A stretch of 64,000 nt of DNA from Candidatus Bathyarchaeota archaeon (lineage in GTDB: Archaea > Thermoproteota > Bathyarchaeia > Bathyarchaeales > DTEX01): NCBI GenBank assembly GCA_963714275.1, contig CAVQNT010000007.1, positions 64,001 to 128,000 of the forward strand, given 5' to 3'. Both the position numbers and the translations under genes were made by a program. The notes beneath the pieces were generated by a model that worked only from the letters and a program-made list of their open reading frames with translations, did not search any database and was not told where the DNA came from. Every line of letters begins with the position of its first letter. Positions within the stretch are counted from its first letter, which is position 1. This document shows, piece by piece, positions 40,759 through 53,046 of this stretch.

Positions 40759-42555
40759 TCACGGATTGTCCTTGAAGACTTCTTCCAGAACTTCCTTTGG
40801 TTCAAACGTTTCCTCAGACCTCACTGAAGCTTCCTCGACATAAAGTCGAGTCGCATACCTCAAAGCCTCTTTACTTACCGGCACGAAATCTGTGTCTGCG
40901 CGGAAATACTCCATTAAAGAAGCCGCGGAGGCAAACCTGAGCGCCTTGTCTTCCAGCCTTGCTGAAAACTTGACAACTTTTTGGGGAATCCTTTCAAGGA
41001 TTGCTACCCTAGCCTTTCCGATAATGTCGAAAACCTGCGGAGTGATCATGACAGGTTTGAACCTGAAACGGTTCTTTATTAAGGGATGCCCAGTTTCTAT
41101 GGCGTAGACCAGAGTTAAATGGTCTCGGATTTTCTGTGCGTCCTTTTCTATATCTATGGCTCCAAGCGCTAACTTCATTTGGCTCTTCGTTAACTCAATG
41201 AATCGCTCCTTTGTTAATCGGTGCAGACGACAAAGCATCCTGTCCTCTATTGCGTTAAAATTTGGGTCCTGAATGGTTACTTCGTAGCCTCTGTCATGAA
41301 TTGCCGCGTTATAGTTCACAGAAAAGAACGAGGTGAACCTGTACGGTCCAACGACTTCAGCGTGGGTCTCATACATTATCTCGCCCTGCTCCATCGCAAT
41401 CTTCAGTGGCTCCACCATGCCCTTGTACCTAAAAAAGTCGTTAAACTCGGGCACAATAAAATTATAAACTTTGCCGCTGTAGGCTTGACCGATCCTTATG
41501 AAACGCGCTGGAGTAATTCCTCCACAATACCTGTTTCTGCCCGGAATACCGTGCGCACCTATCTTGGCTCTGGGGCTTCCAAGAATCATGTCTCTCGTCG
41601 AAAAGCTTTTTCCAGTGCCTGGATCACCGAACAAAGCCAGAGACCAGCCTGTTCTTTTTCCTGTTCCGCCGTGTTCGTGGGTGATCTCGATGTTCGCAAG
41701 CCCGTATTGCTGGGTAATGCTCAATAAACTGTCAAAGTAGAGGACTTGCCCGAAAAGATTCTGTAGGTAACTTGACAGGTACTCGAGGTTGAACTCTTTC
41801 CCAAACTTTAATGTGCGGTCAAGCCTGTGCTTCAAGACATCTTCCAAGTACTCATCGAACCCTTGGTCCATTTCCTCGACCTTTTTCTTTTCATCAAAAA
41901 GGTGGTCAACAACTCTGGATTTTTCTTTAGAAGCAACTTGAGGGAAACGGTCTGTAAGTTTTACGACTGGTCTAATTGGTTTAGGCGGCTTTTTTCTTAT
42001 TCCAAGTTCAAACTCTATGATGGGAACTGTCTCGTCGAGAATTTGCCATTCTTGGTATTTGTCGCCCTTGTATGATGTGACTATTAGTTTTGACCTTTCA
42101 AGCTCATCCAAAACCTCTCGGAGTTCATCCGTCTTAACTTGCCTCTTCATTTCTTCGAAGCTCACGGGACCATGACTTTTCATCAAAGCCTTAAGGATGG
42201 AGATTGTAAACGGACCATATCGGGCTTTGGCTCTGCGAATACCATTCTCAACTGTTTTAGAGGCTGTTTCTTTCAACAAAATTCCATCCTCAAACGTGTA
42301 AAATCTTCCTCTAAAGATTGCCCAGTCTCGCGGTTTAAATTTATTTAGAACCTGTTGAAGCCCATCATCATCCAATTCCTGAGCAATTATGAACGATGTC
42401 TCTTCTTCATTCCCGATTTTCCATTTATTTGCCAAGTCCTTAAAGCAAGATATTTTTATCCATTTGCCGATGCTGAAAAGGTCAGCTCTTGAAAAAACTC
42501 TTTTCAGAAGCATGGCTCTTTCAATTAACTTTTCGTTTTCTTCGAGATCAGACAA
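40759..42555 (-). CDS. Divergent MCM-like AAA+ ATPase with a non-MCM (wHTH-like) N-terminus
   Basis: LFGDPGTGKS, IVPEFND, AMEQGEI, IEDRM and FSARL motifs. Confidence 0.75.
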   Translation of the reverse strand: MSDLEENEKLIERAMLLKRVFSRADLFSIGKWIKISCFKDLANKWKIGNEEETSFIIAQELDDDGLQQVLNKFKPRDWAIFRGRFYTFEDGILLKETASKTVENGIRRAKARYGPFTISILKALMKSHGPVSFEEMKRQVKTDELREVLDELERSKLIVTSYKGDKYQEWQILDETVPIIEFELGIRKKPPKPIRPVVKLTDRFPQVASKEKSRVVDHLFDEKKKVEEMDQGFDEYLEDVLKHRLDRTLKFGKEFNLEYLSSYLQNLFGQVLYFDSLLSITQQYGLANIEITHEHGGTGKRTGWSLALFGDPGTGKSFSTRDMILGSPRAKIGAHGIPGRNRYCGGITPARFIRIGQAYSGKVYNFIVPEFNDFFRYKGMVEPLKIAMEQGEIMYETHAEVVGPYRFTSFFSVNYNAAIHDRGYEVTIQDPNFNAIEDRMLCRLHRLTKERFIELTKSQMKLALGAIDIEKDAQKIRDHLTLVYAIETGHPLIKNRFRFKPVMITPQVFDIIGKARVAILERIPQKVVKFSARLEDKALRFASAASLMEYFRADTDFVPVSKEALRYATRLYVEEASVRSEETFEPKEVLEEVFKDNP

Positions 42556-42725
42556 TCCGCAGATTCCTCAAGCCTATACAATTGTCATGTAAGAAACATT
42601 CTTCCTATTATTTATGGAAAAGAAACGCTTTAAACTTAACGGGGTTTCGAATTCAAAAAATGTTTCTATGCTATGTAAAGATTGGGCAAGCTGGGATTAC
42701 ACTCGGTATTTTCATACAGTATAAC

Positions 42726-44364
42726 CTATTCAGTCATAACATTACTTAGAATGTTTTCCTTCTCTTTTAGACTCAACCAGCCTTCACTTTCAAGCTCAGC
42801 CAATCCTTTAACGATATGCCCTTTTAATTCTGGTTTTGTAAGAATATTTGCTGAGTATGCAGCTCTGGTGATTTGTTCTTTCAAGTCCACGTTTTTGGAG
42901 AGGCATTTCTGAAGATTGCTGAAAAATGCTTCGTTCAGGGCTGTTGATCTTGGGGTCAGAAGAAGTGCATTTTAGATTCTAAACTAAACGTTAAGACAGC
43001 TTTCTGAATTTTCCTCATTATGCCTTCATAGTCTGCCGCTGTCATCGGAGGATAAAGATCTATTCTGGTTGTTTCTCGCAGTCGATATTGTATGAAATAG
43101 AAAGGAATGCTTATGAGCAAAGGCTCGTTAGTCTTTGAGCGTAAGCGTCATGTTCTCAAGAGTCTCTGCGTCTTTGACCTTTTGAGTGATGAGATTACAA
43201 ATTTGGACTTCAATTTTTAATGAAAGATCCTCTGTGCCTTTTATTTCATTCGTTTTCTTCGACATCTCAATGTTCCTAGAATGTTCCAGAATCTCAAGTT
43301 TCTCCGTCTCTTTAGCAGCAAGATTCTGGAATTTTCCCTCAATCTGTCCAAGTTGCTGTCGACCATTTATTCGTGCTTTTTCTTGCAGGTCTAAAATTCG
43401 ATGAATTTCGGAATTCAATCGTTCAATTTTTTCTTGTGACAAAGAGATTCTATTGTCAATTCGTGTTGTGCTTCTTTTTGGATAATTATGTTTCTGAATC
43501 CTTTTTTGGGCAAGGATCATTTCAAGAGAATGGTGTAGTCCATTAGTCTTTTACGCACCTTCTTCTCTTCGATGACAAGTTTTTCTATTTCTTTTTCAAT
43601 AAGTCTCTCTGCCCTCGCAGTCTCTTTCATCCCTTTTTTTTCAAATAACTTGACCTTTTTTTCTACAACTTTCCTGATTTCGGAGATTCTTCTCTCATAG
43701 CTTCCCCAAATCAGGTCAAGTCTCTATTGAGGCTTTTTCTTTATGATGACCGATTTCTTCCTCTAAGATTTTAAGAGCAAACCGTAATCCGTCAATGTCT
43801 GTCTGTATCCTCTGCCATTCATGGAGCAAATTTCCTGTAACATTCTCTGACTTTGCCCTGTCATAAGTTTCTGGAACAACAGCAACATCGGTTTCTAGCA
43901 ACTCATTTTTCGGTTCACATCTATCAATAAAATGGGAAAGAGCATCGAGGATAGAACTGTCTGAAACCAAAGCTTTCAGTTCCACTTTCTCAGGCTAAGG
44001 AGAATCTCTCAAACATGTGTTCATGCTTCTCAAGAGTCTTCTTAAAAAGGCTGAATGAAGTGTTGCTTCTTTCCAAATCCTCAGCGAAATCTTGGACCCT
44101 TGGAATCTGATCATAAGATAAGGTTGTTGATGTTAAGCCAAACCCGTCGACAACGACGCATCTTTCATTCCAAGGCACCGCCCACAAAGGATAACCCAAC
44201 TTTGCGATGCATTCTATTTCCTCAGCAGAACCTCTTAGGAGGTATGGTTTTTTCCTTTTTATTTCAGAAAGGCATATGATAGCTGCCTTTTCCATTTCTT
44301 GAGTGAAGGCTTTTTCCCTGCTGGGTTCTTCGATAACGAAGGGTGTGACGATCATAAGCAGCAC
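42726..44364 (-). CDS. Long coiled-coil hypothetical protein, multiple frameshifts
   Basis: Chain of co-directional ORF pieces; globular N- and C-termini (YPLWAVPW; IPFYFIQY) around a heptad-rich core. Confidence 0.6.
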
Positions 44365-44436
44365 GTTTTATAATTTGTTGTGCAAGGTCATAAATTTTTT
44401 CAAGGTTCGTATTGACAGGTCATTGATCAAACTTTT

Positions 44437-45190
44437 TTAGGCTATTTTTTTCGAAAAGTGTTTGTCAGCTTCATGGTAGCTTTCGAGCCTGCCGATGTCG
44501 AACCACACGCCTTCAAACACGTAGCCGTATACTTTGTCGTTTTTGTATAGCCATTCGATAAAGTGCCCCATCTTGTCAGGCTCGTTTCCTTCGTCCAAAT
44601 ACCGATGCAAGTTTCTGACACCGTCCCTCGAAAACGCGTAACAGGCGGTTGACACAAGTGTAGTTTTTGGTTCAGCGGGTTTTTCCTGAAAATCAACAAT
44701 CCGACAGTTAGAATCGATTTTTACAACGCCATAAAATCGCGCCCTGCTAATTGACTTTAAATCAAACAATGCGACAGTGTTTGCTTTTTTGAGCCCAAAG
44801 AAATTTACAAAATTTTCAATGTTGAAGCTGAAAAATGTTGTCGCCACCAAACACGAGTATCTCATCGTTTACACTGCATTTCTTGATTAGATGGCCTAGT
44901 GCACCTACGCTGCCCAGCTTTTCCTCTTCTTTGCGACTGTCCTCGATAAACAACGAGACATTCTTCTTGGTCTCGACAGTGTCCAAATATTCTCTGAAAT
45001 GACGCTCAAAAGCAGCATTCGTCGAAATAAAAACTTGATCCACCATGCTTAGAGGTTCAAGCTTCGCTAAAATATAATCCAACATTGGCTTGCCAGCTAC
45101 CTGCAGCAGATGTTTTGGCTTGTCCCTTGTTAGAGGCCACATTCGTTTTGCGAAACCTCCTGCAAGAATCACCGCAATCACAGCAAACAC
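44437..45190 (-). CDS. Sugar-phosphate nucleotidyltransferase, frameshift near 44830
   Basis: ILAGG.AKRM.PLT..KPK.LL, GDN, FQEKP and WFDIG motifs. Confidence 0.9.
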
Positions 45191-45345
45191 CTAGTGATAG
45201 TATGGTGTTTTTTACCACATAAAAATTGTGTTTAAAAATTACAAATGAAAGGTGAATTTTCGAAAATGATTCTTAAAAAATGCTATTTACAGTCTGTTGC
45301 CTAGAAGAATAAAAAATTTTTGGAAAAAGGGACTATAGGTTGATG

Positions 45346-45661
45346 TTACTCTTTTTTGGGAGGCTCTTTTTCTGTGGGTTCCGGCTTCTCTTCCTTTTCT
45401 TTTTCTGCTGTTTCTGTGGATTCTTCTGTTTCTATCTCTTTTTCGAGTTCTTCTATCGGTTTAGGCGGTGGCGTTGTAGCCATTGTCCAGCCAATCCAGG
45501 CTCCTATTCCTAGTATGCCGAGTATGGCAATGAAGCCAGTTAGTCTTTAATACTAGTAAGCTCCAGCCAGGCAAGATGTCGAAGACAAGACAACCGTAAA
45601 CCAATATTCCTGCTACGCAGGCAACGAGGACGACAGCGCCTATAGATTGATCTTTGCTCAT
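45346..45661 (-). CDS. Small two-TM membrane protein with acidic tail, frameshift near 45545
   Basis: MSKDQSIG...WIGWTMATTPPPKPIEE conserved archaeal pattern. Confidence 0.7.
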
Positions 45662-46070
45662 GTATTCTCTCTCCGTAATGATGCAAGATTAACATTTGAA
45701 CGTTTATAAGTTTTTTGTTTAATTAAATTGTGCAATGACAGAGACATGTTGATCGAAAAAACGTTTTGACAGTTAAATAGTCATTTTTCCGTGTTTATTT
45801 CGGATTTGTGTCCATCTTAGGCTTAAGGTCAGGTTTTTGAATGATACTATATTAATGGAGGTTATTGGTTCCATTATGTTTCTGGCTGGTCTGTTTTATG
45901 TGACAAACCAAAATTGTGAAAAAATTTACTATTTCAAAACATATTTATCTTGCAGTTTTTGAACAAACAAACCGAATTGTGAATTGGTCTCCTCGTTAAA
46001 CAACATTCTCTTTTATGGTAAAATACCTTTAGAGTAAAGGATTTTTTTGCACAGTTTTTATTTCACGATC

Positions 46071-46790
<720 letters not shown>

Positions 46791-46851
46791 TTAAATCCTA
46801 TAAGCGTGTTGGTGCCTTTTTGCTTTTCTGAGTGACGCATCGCTGTTTCTT

Positions 46852-48630
46852 TCATCCAATGTAATAGTATTGGTTTGTTTCTTTCTGTATCCTGTCCAAT
46901 TGGGAGTCTTCTTTGTTGACCCTTGGTCTCTTCGTGGCTTGGTCTCTTCTGAAAGTGATACTCATCTCTTTGAGGAACATGTTCATCCCATTCATCAGGT
47001 CAGTCGGCGCTTTGGCTGAGCCCTTTGTTCCGGGTTCGCCGCTAAAAACCATAAGCCTGTCAGCGATGAAATCTTGTGCGACAACGTCGTGTTCAACAAC
47101 GAAGGCTGTGACGTTTCTACCCTCAATGATCCGCCTGACCGTTCGGGCAACAATCAGCCTTTCCTCAACATCCAGATAGGCGCTCGGTTCATCTAACAGA
47201 TACAGGTCAGCTTTCCTTGAGAGACAGGTTGCGATGGCAACCCTCTGGAGTTCGCCACCACTAAGTTCCTTGATTTGGCGTTCCAAAAGCGGGTCCATGT
47301 TAAGCGGAGCCATGATTTCGCTTTGGTGCCACCCCGATGAATAGTCCTGTTTCGCGATGGTTCTAAGCAAGTCCTCCACGGTTCCATCATAATCCGAAGC
47401 GATGTATTGCGGCTTGTAGTGAACTTCCAGTAAGCCCGTCGTAAGCGACTCTCCAGAATCAGGCTTCTCAATTCCTGCCAGAAGCTTCATAAAGGTTGTT
47501 TTCCCGATTCCGTTTGGTCCAAGTATTCCGATGACTTCGCCTTGTTTGGCATCTCCTAGTTCAACTTCCAACGAGAACCCTTTATAAGCCTTCGTCATTT
47601 CGCCCCAACTTAACAACGGCGCTGCGGAAGACTTTCCTGTTGGCGGTGGCTTAACGTGGAACCGTATTGGCTCTTTCCTGAACCGCATGTTTTCGTCGGA
47701 GATGAAGCCTTCAAGGTAAATGTTGATTCCTGTTCTGACGCCGTGAACATGGGAGACGATTCCGTAGACGCCGGGTTCGCCGTAAAAAACGCAGACGTAA
47801 TCCGAAAGGTAGTCGAGAACCGCGAGGTCGTGTTCCGCCACAACGATAAATTTGTTTTCATGCCTGAGGCTTCTAATCGCTTTTGCCACCTCAATCCTCT
47901 GCTTAACGTCGAGATAGCTCGAAGGCTCGTCGAAAAGGTACACGTCAGCCTCCTGGCACATTGTCGCTGCAATGGCGACTCGCTGCAACTCGCCTCCGCT
48001 GAGAACGTTAATATCCCGGTCCCAGACTACGTGGAGCTGAAGCCCCTTCAAAATTTCCGCAAGTTTTCCTCTCTCGTCCACCTTTTCCAGCAAATCTTTT
48101 ACTATGCCACTTGCGACCTTCGGAATCTTGTCAACGTACTGCGGTTTGTGAACGACCTTGAGTTCTCCCTGGCTCATTTTCTGATAGTAAGTCTGGAGGG
48201 TTGAACCTCTTAAGTACCTTATGATTTCGAGCCAGTCTGGCGGATTAGAAAATTCTCCTAGGTTCGGCTTTATGTCGCCGGAAAGAATCTTAAGCGCGGT
48301 TGATTTTCCGATTCCGTTCTTTCCAACCAACCCAAGCACACTGCTAGAAGAAGGAACTGGGATGCGGAAAAGCTTGAAAGTGTTCGGTCCGAACCTGTGG
48401 CTGCAGTCTTTTTGTAGCTCGTCGGGAACGTTGACGATTGATATTGCCTTGTATGGACATTTTTTTATGCATATTCCGCATCCGACGCAGAGAACTTCAG
48501 AAATTACGGGTTTACCTGCTTCGAACCTTACGGCTTCAACGTTACTTCTCACCTGAGGACAAAACCGATGGCACTCTCTACTGCAACGTTTTGGCTTGCA
48601 CCTTGCCAAGTCGATGACAGCGATTCTGAT
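46852..48630 (-). CDS. rli1: ABCE1/Rli1 ribosome-recycling ATPase
   Basis: Two Fe-S Cys clusters and two ABC cassettes (GKNGIGKS, LSGGELQR); the frame extends upstream to RIAVID. Confidence 0.96.
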   Translation of the reverse strand: MRIAVIDLARCKPKRCSRECHRFCPQVRSNVEAVRFEAGKPVISEVLCVGCGICIKKCPYKAISIVNVPDELQKDCSHRFGPNTFKLFRIPVPSSSSVLGLVGKNGIGKSTALKILSGDIKPNLGEFSNPPDWLEIIRYLRGSTLQTYYQKMSQGELKVVHKPQYVDKIPKVASGIVKDLLEKVDERGKLAEILKGLQLHVVWDRDINVLSGGELQRVAIAATMCQEADVYLFDEPSSYLDVKQRIEVAKAIRSLRHENKFIVVAEHDLAVLDYLSDYVCVFYGEPGVYGIVSHVHGVRTGINIYLEGFISDENMRFRKEPIRFHVKPPPTGKSSAAPLLSWGEMTKAYKGFSLEVELGDAKQGEVIGILGPNGIGKTTFMKLLAGIEKPDSGESLTTGLLEVHYKPQYIASDYDGTVEDLLRTIAKQDYSSGWHQSEIMAPLNMDPLLERQIKELSGGELQRVAIATCLSRKADLYLLDEPSAYLDVEERLIVARTVRRIIEGRNVTAFVVEHDVVAQDFIADRLMVFSGEPGTKGSAKAPTDLMNGMNMFLKEMSITFRRDQATKRPRVNKEDSQLDRIQKETNQYYYIG

Positions 48631-48962
48631 CTCTGTTCGCCTCTGGGACTCACGTAAAAAGATGGACGCACACTAATAAATTTGTTCAGTTTCCTGCTTC
48701 GATTGGGAGAACAAATAAATAATGGTGAAATGTTAGGGTTTCTCGGGATGATGTGTGGCGACGGCGTGGAGCTTCAGCTGTGACACGTAGTTTCTTCACT
48801 GACCACCAATCTTCTCTTATTATGGCTAAAAAGCTTATAGATTCATGAAGAACCCTGATCTTCAGAAACATCAGTCAGAATTTCAGGAATTAGTTGGCTA
48901 AGCGTGAATAAATTAAACATTATGACCCGAAAATGTTTTTACAAACCATATGGTCAATGTGA

Positions 48963-49514
48963 GTGGTGTTTATGGTCATCTGCGATTTTAACCTACTTGT
49001 TTCAACTCCGAGAATGCTGGAGAACGATGCGTGTTCAGAAGTCTGGTTTCTGCTGAACGAGGTTGGTGACCATGAACCAGTTTCGGAAAAAATAGGTGTC
49101 GCTGGATTGATTGTCGCCAAGACCATGCTTGACCCATTAACGGTTATTAAAGAGCTCAGAAAGATGCTGAAGAATCAACCAGAAGAATTTCGGTATACAC
49201 TTCGGGTCGTCCCAATCGAAGCTGTCGTTTCAACGAAACTCAAAAACATCAAAAAAGCAAGCCTTGAGCTTTCCGCACGCATAAAAGAAGACGAAACATT
49301 CAGAGTCACCGTCGAGAAAAGGCACACAACCCTTTCCTCAAAAGAAATCATTGAAGCGGTTGCAGAAGAAATAGACAAGAAAGTGGACTTACTTAAGCCA
49401 AACAAGATTGTTTTGATTGAAGTTTTAGGCGGGGTAACTGGTGTCTCCGTCATCGAACCTGAAGACATACTTTCGGTTGTGAAACAGAAAAATCAACTAA
49501 ACTTGCGTGGTTAA
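48963..49514 (+). CDS. THUMP-domain RNA-binding protein
   Basis: ETFRVTVEKR and VDL..P...V.IEVLG motifs. Confidence 0.85.
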   Translation: MVFMVICDFNLLVSTPRMLENDACSEVWFLLNEVGDHEPVSEKIGVAGLIVAKTMLDPLTVIKELRKMLKNQPEEFRYTLRVVPIEAVVSTKLKNIKKASLELSARIKEDETFRVTVEKRHTTLSSKEIIEAVAEEIDKKVDLLKPNKIVLIEVLGGVTGVSVIEPEDILSVVKQKNQLNLRG

Positions 49515-50054
49515 GAGGGCAGCACGTTCAATCAAAAGACTCAGAATTGCTTGTTCTTTCGATTCTCTCATTATTGCCTTAATTTCGTTTTCTTTTATGC
49601 CAAATGTAGATATTATTTTGGGAATTTTCTTTTCCGTTAGTTCGATTATTTCGTCGCATTGTTCGCCTTTCAGCAGCCTTGAAACTTTCTTCATAGATTC
49701 CATTGCCTTCTCGTGTGTTTCAGCAAGGACCAGAACAGCCACTTCTTGAGAGTCGGGTTTGATGCCTAACAGTTGAATGGCTCTGCTAATTTGATGTTGA
49801 CCCGAAGCGTAAAGTAAAAATTCAACCGCAAGGTCCTTCGAAATGTTCCTCTTAGAATCAAAGGCTTTCAAAGCGTTCAACGTTGCGAAGAAGAGATGAT
49901 CGAAACCAGCGACAAGGCTTGGGTCGAACAGTTGGACGCAGCAATCGTTTATTTGCGCCTTAACCTTCTCAATGAGTTTCTGTGTGTCCGCGAGTTTTAC
50001 GTTTTTGAAGCCTTCGAGAACTATATGTCTTCCGTTAATCTCTGCTTTTCTCAT
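49497..50054 (-). CDS. cgi121: KEOPS complex subunit Cgi121
   Basis: HL.FA..NA, E.LLYASG..QI..AI..LG motifs. Confidence 0.88.
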   Translation of the reverse strand: MRKAEINGRHIVLEGFKNVKLADTQKLIEKVKAQINDCCVQLFDPSLVAGFDHLFFATLNALKAFDSKRNISKDLAVEFLLYASGQHQISRAIQLLGIKPDSQEVAVLVLAETHEKAMESMKKVSRLLKGEQCDEIIELTEKKIPKIISTFGIKENEIKAIMRESKEQAILSLLIERAALLTTQV

Positions 50055-50653
50055 CCCTTTTCTTCCTTTGAGACTTCGCTGATGAAGCGGTCGATTATAC
50101 GTCTGTCCATTCCGCCGTCTGCAAGTCTGTTCTTCACTTTTTCTATCGGGATTCCTTCTTTTCTGCAGTCTTTTAATAAACTTCTAATAGTTTCTTTGCG
50201 TTCCCACGGGAAGACAACCCAGCTTCTGGTCTTTGTGTCATAGTAGTCTGGTTCAATGATGCTCCGCAGCTTAAAGAAAATCACTGCGGTCTTCACGCTT
50301 TTCGCTCCGTTTATGATAAGGTGGTCTTTCACTAGACGGAGGCTTTTCCCAGTGTCAGCCACGTCGTCAAACAACATGACGTCTTTGCCTTCAACCGACA
50401 TTGAAACAGGTTGGGTGATGAACGGTTCATCCGAAGGTTTGGCTATTCCCACGTAGAACTCAACAGCCACGTTCGCAAGCTTCGTGTTGCCAAGCAGGTC
50501 TGACATCACTCTAGCAGGTGGCCATCCTCCGCGCGAGATACCCACGATGACATCTGGGTGGAAACTGTCTTTCCGTATCTTCTCAGCAAGATTCAACAGC
50601 ATTTCGTAAATTTCGTCCCACGAGGGAACCTCAAAAGCGATGTCTAGGCCCAA
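50051..50653 (-). CDS. Purine phosphoribosyltransferase (type I PRT)
   Basis: GISRGG, LFDDVADTGKSL and WVVFPWE motifs. Confidence 0.9.
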   Translation of the reverse strand: MGLDIAFEVPSWDEIYEMLLNLAEKIRKDSFHPDVIVGISRGGWPPARVMSDLLGNTKLANVAVEFYVGIAKPSDEPFITQPVSMSVEGKDVMLFDDVADTGKSLRLVKDHLIINGAKSVKTAVIFFKLRSIIEPDYYDTKTRSWVVFPWERKETIRSLLKDCRKEGIPIEKVKNRLADGGMDRRIIDRFISEVSKEEKG

Positions 50654-50752
50654 TCCTCATTCCTCAAGGTCACCAATAAAAACAACCTTTTCAGTCTTAA
50701 ACTTTATCGTAGATTTGTCAGAAAAAATTGAAAAGGATTTTTCATTGTGCAA

Positions 50753-51721
50753 CTATGGCAGCTGCTGTAGTGCCCTGAGCCTTTTTACCATATTCGGATG
50801 CGTCGAGAAAAGCTCAGCAAACGTGTCCGTTGAGGTCACTCTTCGATTCATGTATCTTGCCACTAGGTCTTGGTCGCTTCTCCAAATGTTCGTCTGATTA
50901 ATCTCCTTGAGGTCCCTTGCCGCGTTGTCAGGGTCAGAAATGAAAAGCGTCTTGAGGGAACTCATATTATATGTGTTGCGGTTTTGCCTTCGAGTCCTTT
51001 CAGTCCACTCCACTATCTTGACGAGTCCTTCAGAAAGTTTTCTCGACCCGTCGTCGACCACGGTTGTGCTGTGCCTGTCAGCGTAATACTCTCTTAGGCG
51101 GCTGAGGTAAAGCGTGAAAAAGGTCAGTACCCAGTAGAGTAGAATGCTCAATAATCCGATTAGTACCAGAGAGTTGCCTCCGTCTCTTTCACTTCTTCGG
51201 CTGTACGCTGATGACCACATCATCGAGAATCCGAGGTAGTAGAAGAGGGCTGGAAGAATCGACACGAACATCATCACCTGAACGTCATGATGCCTCAGAT
51301 GCCCAAGTTCATGACCTATGACAGCCTCAATCTCCTCATTTTCTAGGGTGTTCAGCAACCCGCTTGTTATAGCAACACGGGTTCCAGACAGCGGAGAACC
51401 ATATGCGAATGCGTTTGGGATTGGAATTTTGGCGATTACGAGTGTTGGAGGTTTAATATTACTTTTTTGGCTCAGCCTATCAACCATGTTGTAGAGCTCA
51501 GGTTCCTCTACCCTTGACACCTTCCTAACCCTGTACATGGCATCGATCAAATATGGCGCAATCAGCCATTGAAGAACATTGATGAAAACTATTGTTAATG
51601 CAAGCGTGTAAAGATTCAACGCGTCGAATAACGATAGAATGATGGTGAGGAATAACGTTGAAAGCCCAATAATGGCAGCAACCGTTCCAACCATCGAAGC
51701 CCGTAATTTTACGGCGCTCAT
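50753..51721 (-). CDS. htpX: Zinc metalloprotease HtpX (M48)
   Basis: PNAFA.G, HELGH, SRLREY.AD and FSTHP motifs; TM helices. Confidence 0.93.
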   Translation of the reverse strand: MSAVKLRASMVGTVAAIIGLSTLFLTIILSLFDALNLYTLALTIVFINVLQWLIAPYLIDAMYRVRKVSRVEEPELYNMVDRLSQKSNIKPPTLVIAKIPIPNAFAYGSPLSGTRVAITSGLLNTLENEEIEAVIGHELGHLRHHDVQVMMFVSILPALFYYLGFSMMWSSAYSRRSERDGGNSLVLIGLLSILLYWVLTFFTLYLSRLREYYADRHSTTVVDDGSRKLSEGLVKIVEWTERTRRQNRNTYNMSSLKTLFISDPDNAARDLKEINQTNIWRSDQDLVARYMNRRVTSTDTFAELFSTHPNMVKRLRALQQLP

Positions 51722-51867
51722 CTTATCACCAGAAACTACTAAGAAACAAAACCTTAGATATAATTGTTACTCTGAAACCATTTTCGAGAAACAACTTTGA
51801 CAGAGATAATGAATGAATCACGCAGATTCGAAAAACTGTTCGCCAAACAAACAATCCTTGGTCACTA

Positions 51868-52912
51868 CTATTTCTTCGTTACTCGGAAAAGTCCACCTTT
51901 TTTCTCAACCCTAAATTCAACACCTAGGATGGTTGATGCGAGCCATAGATTTGATTCAACGTGTTCCGTAATCATGCGTATAAGATACTCTGATTCCCCC
52001 TTCGCCAAAGATGTGAACGGGATAAGCATGTCAGCAAGATGAACATCGACGGTTGCCTTTGCCCCGATTTCTTCAACCAAGTTCCCGACAGCCTCTTGCG
52101 CCACAGCCTCGCTTGTTTTACGCAGTTCACCGATCGCATCGCTGCCTAGCAGTACCCCTGTGTCAGTCTTGCACCACAGAACCAAGGAGCTTCCTTTCTG
52201 CAGAGGATTCGAAAAGTCGTTGACCACCTCAATTCTGGGCTTGAGGTTTTTCACTGACAAAAGCTTTTCCGCCTCTTTCGCCTGACGTTCCGCAACTTTT
52301 CTGTCAGCTAGGAAAGTGCATACCGATACGCCTTCTACTGTAGTGATTTTACCAAATTCAACACGTTTAATTGGCGATACATCTTTGCACGGTTGAACCT
52401 TTAACCTGATTTCGCCCATGCCTTTTGGGTAGTAGCCATACTTATTGACCTCGATTGACGCTTTCGCTCCCATCTTCTCCAACAAGGGCAGCAGTATGAA
52501 CCGAAGATAGTTTATCGTAGGCGAATGGCTGACATCAGTTCCCCCTTTTGTTATCAATAGGTCCACAGGCTGCGATGCAAACATGCACAACGGCAAAACT
52601 GTTAAAATTAGCATCGGAATGCTGCCAGCCGTCCCAATCTCAGCTGTCACTTGTCCACCCCGAATTTTCTTAGGCTCAAACCACAGTTCTTGGGAACCCA
52701 AAGAAGCGCCTTTCACAGTTGCGTCGCAAATCTTTGCTGCGGTAAGCACAGACTTCCAAGTGTTGGGGTCTCAGCCCAGGTTCACTTCGTCTCTTACGAA
52801 CGTTAAAAAGGTGCAGCGGCTCACCCGTTATTCCTGCAAGGGCGACAGAAAGCCGAAGGATGGTTCCGCTACCGCTTTTTTGGCTTCCATCAATTTCCAG
52901 CATGGCAATCAT
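51868..52912 (-). CDS. rtcA: RNA 3'-terminal phosphate cyclase, frameshift near 52755
   Basis: IDGS..SGSG.ILR, PGLRPQHL, GGTDV, GYYPKG.G and VDVHLAD motifs. Confidence 0.92.
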
Positions 52913-53046
52913 CCTTAGAATGTTAATGGAGTCTAGTTTTTATTATAGTCGAGAAACTGGCTATTACAATGCAGTGTTACCCTTATCGTTTTTGTACATG
53001 AAGCGAGGAAAAAGTTGAGACTAACTCTATGAATGCAGACAGGTGC

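Noticed and set aside
40759-42555. Calling this gene the replicative MCM helicase
   Set aside because: It lacks the N-terminal zinc/OB domains and has a non-canonical Walker B, so it is reported as MCM-like only.
45700-46060. Long intergenic region with words resembling the 14.3 kb array (CGAAAAAAC.TTTTGA, AACAACCGAA)
   Set aside because: The matches are short and AT-rich, and the TTGT-N3-ACAA dyad is absent.
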